From assembly GCA_965153455.1 (NCBI GenBank), contig OZ234493.1:30432213-30496212 (forward strand): a stretch of 64,000 bases of DNA. The letters are read 5' to 3'. The DNA is from Sphagnum compactum (Eukaryota). Position 1 is the stretch's first letter. Each line of letters begins with the position of its first letter. A program made the position numbers and the translations under genes. This document shows, in pieces, positions 33,022 through 46,900 of the stretch. Under the pieces are notes generated by a model that saw only the letters and a program-made list of their open reading frames with translations, was not told the origin of the DNA and made no database searches.

Positions 33022-35046
33022 TAAACTTTTGTGAGGATTGCAAAGATGTGTTGAGATGTGTACTTGCAAATTAGGTTTAAATTCATTGTCTATTTAAAAC
33101 ATTTGGTCATAACTTTTGAATCTAGGTCTTTGTAGGTGTTGAATTTTGATTATGTAGGTTTTGAAAATTTAATGATCAATCTAGTTTTTAGAGTTTGAAT
33201 GTCAAAACCTAATTAAGATACAAATATTTTGTAGGACAAAAGCTTTTAGAACAAACTAATTATGGTTTAGTTGATTAAACCTAAGCTCATTATTATATTT
33301 GATAACCCAATTTCAAAGGTGTAATTACTTGTAAATGCTTGTCATTTGGCTTATGTCTATACATGTGTGCATTATTTCTATTGAATAAGTGACATGTGTT
33401 AAAGGTAGTAAATCTATTTGATTTGCATGTGTTATTAAATGTTCAAAGGCAAGTTGCTCTTAATTATTGTGACTGCTCAATTGTTGTGTTAAAATTAAAG
33501 TTTTGCAAAACCTTAAAAATAAGGTGGAAAGGTAGTTCAAGTTTGACCTTGACATCCCAAGGGTGTCCATCCATTGGTTGTCTTTTTGCTCAAGCATATT
33601 TTGATTCAAAGAGTTATGGGGTAAAATGTTTTGCTCATTCTCCATGATTTATTGTAGTCAACACTTATACACAACGGGGGCAAGTAACCTAAAGAATGCA
33701 AGGGACGTCTTATATAAAATCCTTTCTTTTTAATCTAGGACCTATTTATTATTCCATTAGTGTAAACCATAAAATCCATATGGTTGAAAGTTTGGAGTTT
33801 AATTGATCAAGGGCATGTGTGGTAGATGGTTTCATTTTATGGGAAATCTCATTAGTTGTTCATTGCATTGAAATCATGTTGATGGTCAACATGATCACCC
33901 ATTTTGCCTTAGAACCTTGGTATGAAAAGTCACTACTAGTCTAGCTCAAGTTTGCTTTGATTTGAATCCAATAAGAAAAATGGCACCATGTGGCAATTTG
34001 AGGATCTAGCAAGTGCCAATTCCACGTGTTAAGGACTTGTTTTATGGCATCATCACCATCAACATGCATAGTGAGAGTTCCTCATCTACTTCTAATTAAT
34101 TCACCACCATTGATTGACAAACCTCTTAGGGCATGAGTTGTGCTAGCCTACTACTTACTACTCCTTTCAAAATCAGGTGATCCCTGCAAAGAAGAGAATG
34201 TCTGCAAAATTCTGCATTAAGATCACCAGTCATAGATTCTTCTCATTTTATTGATGTATCGTTTCTCAATGCAAATTGGGGTGGGGGGGGGGGGGGGATT
34301 AGGGTTTAAGGTTTATCAGAACAGGTTGTGTGCATGAGCCTGAACACAGCTCTCCAAGTGGGTTGTGAAGATGCAGATGTAGTAGCTCCAATGGAAAAGA
34401 ACCCAGCACCCACCAGTGCACACATCCATTGGAAACCCAGGTGGAACCACCCATTTCATCCACTGCACTCTCATGATCCTTGACTTGCATTTCCCACTTC
34501 AGTAAAACTCTTAAGCAAAACAAAACACAGACAAAAGCTGCTATCAGAGCAAGCAAGCTCACCACATCACTCTCAAAATAATTAATTTCAAGAAATTCAA
34601 TGAGTGGGTTGGAGGAATGACCAACCTTTTTTTTCTGTTTTTGGCTACTCAACAGAGAATGAAAGAAATTTACTGCCTCACTGTACATGGGGCAAAACTG
34701 CCACTAAATCTCAATCGCTTTGCCTGTGTGTGCGAATTGATCAATGAGAAACTTGTACAGAAAATCGACAGAAAACAACATGGGAACCATTCGACGAACC
34801 AACCGACCAACGAGACTCAAAACTGCAAGGGACCTGGGAAAAGATCACTGGGCAGGTAATGGGACTTCACAGAAGGAAAGAAAGAAAGAAAGAAAAGGAT
34901 TCCCCAAATGGGTCTGAGATATCGAGCTCCGTTTTTGATGTCATCATACTGCTCCCCGTTATTGTCAGGTAGTATATGGAATATTTATATTTTCTGGATG
35001 CCAACTTCTTTGTCAAACAAATGGGAGGGTAAATAAACCATCTTGC

Positions 35047-38000
35047 CTAGAGTGTTGTACTGTTGTAGTGACTGACTGCATGTTCCAGAGCTTCTTGTGT
35101 GGGTCCGAGCAACTCTTTCACTTTGAAGCCATTTTTGTAGATCTTGAAAGTGGGCACGAAATCAATGGACTCAGCCTTTGCCAAGAAGGGATTTGCCTCG
35201 ACATCCACCTGTGTGCATGCATCAAAGACAGGAAACAAAATCACCAGAGTTGAGAGACAATTATTAAATCGTGAAAGTTCTGAAGAATTGGGTGTTGGAT
35301 TTTCATGTAGTAGAATGCAAATACGGATGGTTACATCATCACAATGCAGAGTAAGATCCGCACTGCTGCAGGATGTTTATATAAGTATGTTCATGAGCAA
35401 GAAATCTACAATCAAAGAGATAAGTCAAAATTACCTTGAGAAATTTTACACCAACGTTTTGCTTTGCAAGTTGATCAACAACAGGAGTCATTTGCCTACA
35501 CCGATCACTCCACTTCATGTTGAATAGCACCACTGCTAGCCCTGTGAAGTAGAAATGACACCCATGAGCTCAAAGCTCAAACCTTTACCAGAATAAATGC
35601 TGTGCAGAGGACCAGAAGCTTCGACCCTGTGATTTTATTTATTGTTATTGCAGAGAGTTTTCAATGTATTATACATTCCTGCCAAAGAAGAGGTATCACT
35701 GCTGTGGCCTTGTCCTAAAGTCTTGTGATGGAATAACATAGACCCATAATAATTGTGTGCACATGAACCAGCAAAAGAAGGAAGTTCCTGCACAGATGAT
35801 AAACTGAAGAAATATGGATAGGTACCTGAATGTGAAACTGCCTCCCTGAACTGATCATTGCTGCTAATGTCCTCAACATTACCCCCATACCACATTTGAT
35901 TCATTTTCTCTACAAAAGACTTTTTGAAGCCCAATTGCACCTCTGATAATGCTCTTGCAACTTCCTCATCTCCTGGCAATTCTCTTTTCAAGTCTTCATA
36001 GTCTCTCAAGGAGTCTGCCCACCTCTCCAACTGCAATCATAGTACTACAATGCTGTAAAGAGGATGATGATCATGATGGATGCAGGCAGGGACCATAGAT
36101 GGGATTTAAGGTTTAGGGCTAGGGTTTAGGCTCAAGACCCACTTTGCATGAGAAGTTTAAAACTGCAGATATTTGCAACAGTGAAGAAATGAAAAACCTA
36201 AATGAATGACGCTAGTTTCCTTGCAAAAAGATTCAGTAGCAGCACTTGGAAATTACCTGGCAATTCAATTGGGCACGTCGTAAAAGAGCCTTAGTATAGC
36301 GTGGCTGGGCAACAAGAGCTGCATTGCAGTCTTCAATGGCTTTTTCATATTGTCCAAGCTTTGACCTGCATTTGATAAAACCCACAGATGCTTAAAGCTC
36401 CACACAACTATGCTATGAGGAAGTTTTCACTTTTGAGAAACAGTCAGACAGGACTAGCAAAGCAGAAACACAGAAGTGCAGAATTTCAAGCTATCACAAT
36501 GACATGTTATAGCAGAACCTTGCTTGACTTATTTTACAAAAAAAAAGAACATACCTTGGACTTCAAATGGCGCTCATGGTCAAGAATCACAGAAAAATGC
36601 AACTGACCTGCAGGCTGCTCGATTGCAAAGCAAAACTGCATTTGATGGATGAGCATGTAAGCCTTGACCATATGCCAGGGACGCCTCCAAAATCCTGCCT
36701 GCTTTGTACAAGTCGTTGCCGGTTGTGCGGGCTGACACAACAGCTCGTGCTGTCCGCAACATACCTATGACCTCACTGTTATTGGGATCAAAATAGGCTG
36801 CTTTCTCTGCTGTTGTTACCGCATCATCAAACCTGTGAGCTCACAGCAAGTTGTTCGGATATTTCATTCATATATGATTCATCCTACAGAATCTTAGAAC
36901 TCTGCGACTGCTACTGTGTTCACAGTGTAAAAGTTCATTCATGAAATCTCAAAAAACAATGATAGGAGCAGCTCAAGACATTTGGAAGAAAAATGCTGGA
37001 AACCAAATAGTACCTGCCAAGAGCCATATCAATCTGTACTTGGACAATCAGGATAGTTGTGTCAGTCAGCATGCCTGTCGCCTTCCGTAAGGCAGTCTCC
37101 ACCTTCTGAGCAGAAGTTATGACCATTTCTGCTTCCTCAGGTCTGCAAAGCTTCAGCAAAGCTTCTGCTTTGAGAGCCAATATCTGCAACAACAACAACA
37201 ACAACAACAGATTGAACAGTCTTCCAGAAAAGTTCACTCTTTCTAAATTGCCCACTATGATGATGATGATTATTCATGGGTGGGTGACAGCCTTCTGACC
37301 TGAGGTGCCGAGTCTGCACCAGCTGTGATAGCAGCCTCACTTTCTCTAACAATGGTATTCCAGTCAGAGACCTTCTTGGCTTCTGAGCATCTCATGAGAT
37401 GCTTTTCGATCATCTCAAGTCGTTGGATGTCACCCAAGTCCAGTTGTGGACCACACACCTTGAGAATCTTCTTAGCTCTTTCTACTCGACCTAATCTGCA
37501 GAATGCCCAAAACACATAAAATCAGCTTTACAAAAAATTGACCTACAAAAGATCCAATACAGAACAGAAATCCCAATCTCAGATCTCTGATACAGAGTGG
37601 AACTGGGATTAACATGCTGGTGATGGATGATCCAACAAGTTCACGCAAGTCAACAGGTTTGAAGTGATTTGCTTTGACCTGATGCACAAAGAAACCAGCC
37701 GTTGGTGGCCACGAATATATGAGGCATCTAGTTTGATCGACTCTTCACATTCCTGCACTGCCTCTACCAACCGGCCAAGCCCTGTCAATGCAGCAGCTCT
37801 ATTGCTTCTATATGAAGCTCTATTTGGTGCCAAAGAGACAGCCCGATCATAGAGAGACAGCGCTTCAGAGAAATTCCCTTTTTTGTATTGATCATTTCCA
37901 GCATTTTTTACGTCCTCAGGATCTGTGCTTGAAAGCATCCGCTTGATCAGTAAACTCTCACCCACAAAATAGATGTTCCCTCTTCCATGAACTGTAGATG

Positions 38001-39736
38001 CAGCAACACCTTTGGGTCCCTCTGTTTTCGCATTCAACTTTGCCTGTACAGTAGTAGTACTGGCTTGAGCAGCTGCTGCTGCTCCATTGGAAACCCTAGA
38101 ATGACTGGCAGGCCCAGTGATGATTCCGATTGAGGGGGATGAAGGAACTCCTCCATACTGGCACACTCCATTTGCACTGGTGGCCAATTTGGTAACTCCT
38201 CCTCCTCCTCCTCCTGCAGACAATTTCTGCACAAGATTAGATAATAGAACAATTTCTGAAGCATCACACAGTCTCTGAGGAACATACCTCTCTGGAGTTA
38301 GTGACAGAATTGATGCACTCAACTTACGGCAGTGGCAGCAGTGATACCATCCACATTCTCAGTGCGAACAAGCAAAGCACCACCTATGATTGCACACATC
38401 CTATCACATCTCCGTCCTAATTCCCAAAGGTGGGAGCTATGTCAGTATGCACAATCATGCTACTTTGAGGTTCTTCCAGTAGACCCATAAGGGCGATTGG
38501 GTAGCAAATTCACTCACCAGAGCCGCCATTGGAAATCACAGCTCCATGCAAGTTTCCAGCACTGGAACTTGAACTCCTGACAGTTGCAGGTCCTGTTGAG
38601 CTAGATTCAGCAGCCGTGCTTGCTCCAGAAGTATTGAGATTGTTGTTGTTGCTGTTGTTGTTCTTGGTGGTGGTGGTGGTGGGACCAAATAAACTTGCAA
38701 CACTAGTGCTTCCACTGCGTCCACCTCCGACTGTAGGACTCCCTGCAAGAGAGCTGCCTCGAGAGCTTGCCCCACTACTAGTGCTACTACCTGCTCTTGG
38801 GCTGGGACTATCAGCAGTTGCACTACTGCTGACTTTCAAGCTGAGCACAGTGCCAGGACTCCCGCCACCACTTGAACTTCCTGAGCTTGCTGCTCCTCCT
38901 CCTTTAGAAGAAGATGAAGAACACCGTTCACTGTCACTTCTACTCCAATACCCAGAACTGTCACTCCCTGACATCCTGGGTGGTGTAGCAGCAGCTGCTG
39001 CTGAGCTGCTACTAACACTGGAAGAGATTTCTCCACTCACATTTCTTCGGGTCTGGAAATTTTCCCCACAAAAAAACACTCCATCTACTCTTGTACTGCC
39101 ACCGAGATCCGACATCTGTCTTCTATGCTTACCATGTGAATCTTTGTTGAAATTCTCTTCAGTAGAAGAGCTTCTGGCATGCAGACTCAGGCTCGAGCTT
39201 GCATCCTTTCTTGTTGTGCTCCCTGCTCCTGCTGTTGCTGCTGCTTTGGAAGAAGAAGTGGTTGCAGAATGATGACCTAATGGAGGCACACCACTTCCAG
39301 TACTAGTTCTTCTCCCACCTTCACATGCAAAACCATCTCCAGTGATGGTGCTGCTACTGCTAGTACCACTACTAAGCTGCCCAGCTGCTGTTGTGGGTGT
39401 ATTTGGTTTGCTCATACCTTGCTGCTGAGGATTTTTCTGTCTTGGGAATCCATGGTTGCGGTAAAAGGAGCTGTAAGTGAAGCTGTCTTCCTTGGAGAAG
39501 CTGCTGATACGAGTCTCAGCAGCGGCGGCTTGATTGTCCTTGTTGTACCTAGACCATCCCTGGAAGCGATCTATCTTCCCCGTCGTCACGGTGGCGGTGG
39601 TTCCTCCTGCTGCCCCCACCTGCTGCATCATCTTGGCATTGAACACTCCCCCTCCTCCTCCTCCTCCATATAGATCGAAGCCGCTGCTGCTGGGAGCTGC
39701 AGCAGCTGGCTTCTTCTCTGATTGACATTCCGCCAT
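35047..39736 (-). CDS. TTL: TPR repeat-containing thioredoxin-like protein (TTL family), about 975 aa
   Basis: Exons (-): 39736-38518, 38213-37679, 37495-37300, 37183-37014, 36832-36608, 36365-36257, 36030-35826, 35541-35435, 35208-35047, all in phase. Long S/G-rich N-terminus, TPR motifs (DPEDVKNAGNDQYKKGNFSEALSLYDRA, YRSNRAAALTGLGRL, ITAGADSAPQ, LLCNRAACRSKLGQYEKAIEDC) and a C-terminal Trx-like fold (KFLKVDVE...VPTFKIYKNG). Confidence 0.93.
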
Positions 39737-39949
39737 TTCGCATCTGACTGATCAATCCGTTCCAACAGCAGTAGTAGAAGCACAACACCTAGCCAGCTGC
39801 TAGCTAATGGCGTCTTCTACACACACAAACAATTTCCACAGTCAGACAGCCAGAAAGAACATCACCATCACTTCAGACAACACTACAGACAGCCAAACAG
39901 ACCGATTGGATCACCACCCATTCTTTAGCTGCTTCACAGATGAGCAAGA

Positions 39950-40680
39950 GCAACAACAACAAAAGAGCCGTTCTACCCACCCACCACACACACACACACA
40001 CACACACACACATCTCCACACACAGAGCTGGAGGGTGCCCAAAACAACACAACAAAATGAGCTACACTACAACCCAAAAGAAGAAGAGCTTGAACAGCCA
40101 GCCCGATGGACACAACAATAACAGTTTCACACTCTTTCACACTTCACAGACAAACACTCCCACACAAACAAACCCACACAGAGACACACAGAGATACCCA
40201 GGAGCTGCACAATACAAGAAGAAGAAGAAAGAAAAGACGTGCATACATATACATACATACCAATGATTTGGAAACAACACAAGGCTCCCTTCACCTTCTT
40301 CTTCTTCTTCTTCCATCAATGGTTTACTACTACTACTACTACTACTACATCTTATTCTTCTTCTTCTTCTTCTTCTTCTGCTGCTGCTTGTGTTTTGGGT
40401 CTTGGGTCTTTGTGTCTTTTTCTCTCTTGTGTTTTGGGTCTGGGTTGTTGGTGGTGTTTTTGCACACACCTTCCAAAACATAAATGAGGTAGCTCATGGA
40501 GAAGAAGACGACAAAGAGACAGCCATGAAAGAAGAAGAGTAAGTAGAAGCACTGCACAAGGAGCTTCGAAAGGAAGTAGCAGCAGCAGATTGCATTGCTG
40601 CCAACAGCAACACTCCTCCTACTCTGCCCCCTCCCCTCCCCTCCCCTCCTTCTCTTCCCCTTCTTCCCCTTCTCCCAATT
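39950..40680. repeat. Microsatellite-rich 5' leader / promoter region of TTL
   Basis: (CAA)n, (CA)n at about 39985-40012, (GAA)n, (TTC)n, (TAC)n, (GCA)n and a pyrimidine tract. Confidence 0.7.
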
Positions 40681-40689
40681 TCTTCCCTA

Positions 40690-40908
40690 ATCTACTTCGC
40701 TCTGTGCTGATGGATTGCTCCCCCACACATAACTGCCGGTTATATGAAGTGGCCTTCTTTCCTCATCTACTTCGCTCTGTGCCAACGCATTGCTCCCCAG
40801 ACATAACCTCCGGTTATAATAAGTGGCCTTCTCCCCCCTTCTTTCCTGATCTACTTCGCTCTGCGCCGATGGATTGCTCCCCAGACATAACCTCCGGTTA
40901 TAATAAGT
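40690..40908. repeat. Three tandem units of about 75-85 bp upstream of TTL
   Basis: ATCTACTTCGCTCTG...GATTGCTCCCCAGACATAACCTCCGGTTATAATAAGT and variants, repeated three times. Confidence 0.85.
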
Positions 40909-43900
40909 TAATTTAAACCAGCACCAGTTAGTTGAACGAGGGAAATGTTCCCTGAACTTGTTTTTGGCCCCCCCCCCCCAAGAGCAAACATAACCGCCGG
41001 TTATGAAAACCAATAATTGACTAGGAGATGCCCTTTTCTTCCTTTTTTTTTTTTTTTGGCTTCTTTTTGAAATAATTTTCCTAGTAATAATGACAGGGTA
41101 CCCCTTTTCTTCCTTGTTTTTTTTTTCCCCTCTCTTTTTAAAATAATATTCCTAGTAAATTTTAATGGTAAAAAGTTCAATAATGGAAATGGGTTATAAC
41201 CCCAAAAAAACCTAAAGGGTATCAATCATAGTAGGAAGCATCCATTGGAATTGTAGGTATGTAGGAAGGTAGGAAGATAGGTAGGTAGGTAGGTAGGTAG
41301 GTTAGGTAGGTAGGTAGGTAGGTAGGTAGGTAGGTCAGGTAGGTAGGTAAGGTAGGTCTGTTCTTATGAGCTGTATACATTGGCAGATGCATTGAATGCA
41401 CATGGTGGGTGACTGACCCATTTGTCAAACCCTAAAAAAAAAGGAGCACCAACAACCCCCCCGCAAAAAAAAATATCTACTTGTTTTTGTAGCATTACCC
41501 ATCATCTCATAGGTCACTAGGTAGAGGATATCTATGTGGTTTAGGGTTTAGGGTTTACCTAAATATATAACCTGGGTTCACCTAAATGTATGTGAATTAG
41601 GGTTCACCTAAATGTAACCTGGGTTGACCTAATGCATGTGAATTAGGGTTTACCTAAATGTAACCTGGGTTTACCAGTTCTTCGAGTGGTGGTGTTTTTG
41701 CTTGAGTGGTGAAGTTTGTCATACTTGTTGAAAGTAGGAGCGGAGGAAACTTAGAAGAGGCAATCTATCAAGGTATTGCATGGTTGTAGTGGTGGGAGAA
41801 TGATGATGGACCAATTGTTATTAGCAAATTCTTTGACACATTTGGTTTTGAAAGACAAATTGACCATTTGCAATGGAGATGTTTTTAAAATAGCTCAATT
41901 TGTCTTAAACCCTAAACCCTAAAACCTCCATAATTCATTTTTCATGTTCTTAAACCCTAAACCCTCCACCCATACCCTTTTATTTTGTTATCTAATAGTG
42001 TTTCTCATGTCCAAGATAAACTTATTTATTGTTTCCCAACCCCCCAACCCCACCCATAAACAATGAAAGTTGGGATAGTAAAAAGTGGGTGATCGCTTAA
42101 ATAAAATCATTTATACCAATCGTTTTATTTCACCATTCAAAAGAAATTATTATACAATGCAGATATATCGACCAAAAGCCAATCTATTACCCCAAACTAA
42201 ATTAACATAAACTTGATTATACTTCATCCAAAATAGATATAAAAGGTGCCAATGGATGATTTTAGATTTTTGTGAGGGGTGAAGTGATAACCCAAATAAA
42301 GATAGTTAACATGTTCATTTTGCATTTAACAAAAATAATATCAATTATGCATTTCTTATTGTTACTCAAAAAGGTAAAAAATCAACTAAATTTGAAGAAC
42401 AAAATACATTGCTTTACTTAAAATATTATGTATAAAAGTAACATGAAGATTTTTTCTTCATTGAATGGGTGAAAGGAAACAACATGATCACATCAAATAT
42501 ATTTTTTTTTTGCAGATTTGATGGTTTTTATGTTCATGAATTCTAACATGATCATTTTAGTTGTGTAATAAAGGTTATGATTTTGTGTGGAACAATTATA
42601 AAATATTGAATTGAAAGATGAAAACTTGGTTGATTTGTTGCAAATGTATTTACATTAAATGCTAAATATGGTTAATGAAATAATGGTAACAAAGGTGTAC
42701 AAAATTTATTACACGTGAAAGAACTTTACAACATCAACAAACTATTATTCCACAAAAGCCAATTTGGTCAACAATCTATAATGGTTCTTTAAATGCATGG
42801 ATTCTCACAAACCATGGCATAGGTGAATAAACATAATAATTATTTCTTAAAACCTACCATAAAATCCAATTCAAAACTACAAAATTTGATGTTTAACCCA
42901 CAATTTTTTTAAAGCATCATAGATTCAAATGATGTTTGTTATTGGCTTAATCACGTGACCAAAAATTTCTCAAGTGGCATGATTGGGTACCTTTTTCATG
43001 TTAATTGTAATGAAAATTTCCAAAATTCAAACCACTATCTTTAATTCCTTACAACCAAGTTCACTTGTATTGAAAGCTTTCAATCAAGAACACCTTAAAA
43101 CCTTCAATTGCACAAAATAATCAAGGAAGATATAATGTGATTTGAAATCCATTACATGTAGGTAATCAAAAGTCAACATATATTCATCATGGATTAACCA
43201 TTGCAAAAAATAAATATTCTCTTACATGTAAATCTATGTACATCCTTAACAAACCATACATCATAATGGTTAAAATTTTAAAATTAGGAATTTTTCTTGG
43301 TGAAATTCACTTTAAGTTAGAATATGCCACATTTGTAATTTTTGAAATTTTTACAATCCCAAGACTCTCAAAACATTTTATCATGTTAAATTTTTATCCA
43401 CCTTGCCCTTCATTGAGTTTCAAGCTTGTGTTTAACTTGATTCTTTAGCTCATTGTAGCGCTAATTACAAGCCAAGGTCAAAGTTGGACACTTAATCTTA
43501 GACATATCATAAAGTTATGAAGCATTCACATGGATTAAACATGCACAAATTCAGTATATCCACTTTACACCACCAAATTTAACATAATAATTTTGGTCAT
43601 GTAACACACACAATCCAATTAGTTAAATTACGACTTATCATTGTCGTTATACAACTTAATCAAACTTTTTCAAATACCATTTTTTCATTGTTTGTGCAAA
43701 TGAACATTACAACTCATGTGTTAGTTTTATGCCATGATGGGGGTAATAAATCATGTGTCAACTCTAATACATGTAAATCGACCCACATATTTGTGTGCCA
43801 ACAACTACCACATCGTGTGTGAACCTATGAAATTGTGTGTTGACTCCCACACCACATGCAAGTCTAATAAATCATGCGAATTCACCAATACAACACAAAC

Positions 43901-46900
43901 ATATAGATTTGAGCTCAAATGTTGTTCATGGTATGGAGGGAAATTTTGTGAATCTATTGCATAATATGATAACATGTGTTGGAATTAACAAGCACGGAGG
44001 TTGCACATGAACACAAATCAAAGTTGGAAAGATACATGAATTCACTAAAAATGCAACCACTAAATAATGTGTACTTTGTTAAGGCAACAATTGAATAGAG
44101 TAAAGCTTGCTTTTATTGAAAAACAACAATGGAAACAAAGTCATATCTAATTATGATTTTGGACATTGCCACTTGAGGCATGATTGAAATATCAAAGAGA
44201 CATGCTTGTAGCATTTTAAACAACATTGTTAAAAGCTATAATAGATTTTAATATAGTTTTGGACATAAAACATTAGAAAACAAACTTTTAGAATTGTAAA
44301 TATTGTTTTTTTAGTACCGGATTTGGCTACCAAATTTGTTGTTGGATTTCATTACCAAATTAGTTGTTATCAAAAACTTATTACTAATTTTCAAAGTGTA
44401 TATTTTAAAACCCAAAAAGTTAGCTAATAAAATTGTCTTTTGATAAGGATTTTTAGATAAGATTTATTATGAATCTTAGAGAGATTTTTGGGATTTTCTT
44501 AATTTCTAGGGTGAACCACCATTTTTGCCCCCCTTAAAAGATTATTGTGGGGAAGTTTGTGTAAGATTTTCTTGTGTAATGATCTTTTGATTCTACTTTG
44601 AGTAAACATAATCTTTCAACATTCCTTTTTCTTTTTTTTTGTTTGAATGTATATTTTTTGACATGTATGTATTTTTGCCAGTTTGGAGTTTTTTGCATGA
44701 TATAAACCTACAGTTTGTTTGTACTACTGGTTTTCGTAAGCTTTTTGTGACTATTTATCATTCAATATTGTAGAACTAAAATGTTCATTTTTTAGATCCC
44801 TTATTTAATGAAATATCCTATACTCCAAATTTCACCATGTGATTTATATTCACAGGCTAATATTCAATACCTTCTCCACCAATTTGCATCCCATTTTAAA
44901 ATATTGAACTTGAATTCAATTGTTGAATTTAATTTAATTGAATTCAAATTCCATTCCATGCATTTGAATTCAATTAAATTTGACTTGAATTTTCGATCAA
45001 TTCAAGTTGCATGCGATGTCATTTGATATTTTTATTCAAATGGAACTTGATTTCCATAAAATCATTCATTTTTTCATCAATTGATTAATTGATTGTCATT
45101 AGTAGTGCATAAACATGGCATAAAATCCAAGTTGATTTTTTTTGGATACACAAGTAGGTTTAAATGGTTGTAATTTGATGTAATTGGTGTATTGTGCCTT
45201 TAACTATTAAAACATAGTTTATGTGTTTCTAAAATATGAAATCATTTATAAACACATGGTGCTTGGTCCACACATAAATACTTTTGTCAAAAATTTATTA
45301 ATTTTTTTGAAGATTATTGAGTCAATAAAATGTGTACAAAATATATTTTTAAGAACACAATACAAGTCTAAAAATATGACTCCAATGTAATGTTTGCATT
45401 TAAACTTTTAAGAAAATGAGGATGTGTATTTTTTTAAAAATTATATTATGGAAACAAATGTAATGCCCAAGTTCCAAATTGAGCAAAATCACCCATTCCC
45501 CGACCCCTTTCCCATCTTCTTTCTTTTCCCTTTTATGTTCCCAATAATTCACTATTATTTATGCAAAATTTCAAAATTATGCATTTTCATGATCATTTCA
45601 TCATTATAGGTTTGAAAAAGGTTACCTATTGTTAAATTATTTCAATACACATAACATGGACATGAAAAGACCATGTTTATTTCGCATTTCATATCCATGT
45701 AAGTGGGTTGGGGGAAGGAAAAATGAAACAATTAAACTTGGAAGAGGTAGGTTTGGATGGCACAAATAAACAAACATAATTCATTTTATTATATACATTT
45801 TCAACATATGCACAGGATTTTGATAAAACTCTTTTAATGATATGAAATTTTGTGGCAATGTGAGATTATATTGTGAAAAAAAGTTAAGTTTAATTTTTAA
45901 TGAAGATGATTGCCTTTATGTCCTTTTTTTCTTTAAAAAGAATGGGAAAATCTATTGCACAAGAGGTTTAAAAAAATTAGAAATGGGTTGAAGGGGCACC
46001 CACCCCTAACACCAAATAACAAGACACATAGCTAATCAATCACATTGATTGAATTTTTTGATCTAGGTAATTGAAAGTTCCATTTGAGTTTTTGGTGGTA
46101 CCTAACATAGAGGGTGAAATGGGGGCAACACTTCCTATCAAACCCAACCAAGTAATCATTTTTAATACATGACATTATATTAATCAAAATTGAAAAGTTT
46201 TTTCCCATTCAAATTTGCCATAAGCCATAATCCCATTAGAATCATGTGTCATAGTTTATGATATGATTAGACTTTGATCGCTAAAAACCTTCTCATTGTT
46301 TTCAATCCACATACTTCAAATCACAACACCTTTTTAAAAAAAAATTGAATTCAAATTAATTCCGTATGAGCTGTTGAAAAAACATTACATGTCATCCAAT
46401 CCCTTTGTTTTTGTTTCCACTTGTGGGGGATGTTCAAGCTTGAAAATTATGGCATTGGCCAAATTCCAAATTAGTTACCCTAAGGTACTTATGAAATATG
46501 TGAATTAGGGCTTGAATTTGAATAATTGGAAACACATATTTGCACATTTGTGTTTTCCACGTGTTAAAGACAACTATTTTGTGCTACACAACCCATATGA
46601 ATCCAATAACTTTTTACAATTTATTCCTCTTACAAATTTCATGCCACTTAATATTATAGCTGGGGGATACTAGTTTTGACAACTACACAAGGATTATTTC
46701 AAACACAAAGTTTATTTTATATTATGTAATTTTCACCCTTTGCTAATAAAGTAATCCAATAGTGGCAACCCATCAAACCAAATCCATTGTCTTACATCAA
46801 ATTTTGGCATATCCATCTTGTGAAAGAGGTAAAATGTGTTTCTCTTCTTGGTCATTTCATCATTGTAAACACATGAATTTTGTTTTACATCCTTTTTATT

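Noticed and set aside
38529-39272. Long antisense ORFs over TTL (and similar ones over EBP2 and RRC1)
   Set aside because: They are shadow ORFs of low-complexity coding sequence with no recognisable domains.
41540-41680. Telomere or interstitial telomeric array
   Set aside because: Only 1-2 adjacent TTTAGGG units, scattered through the window; no extended array.
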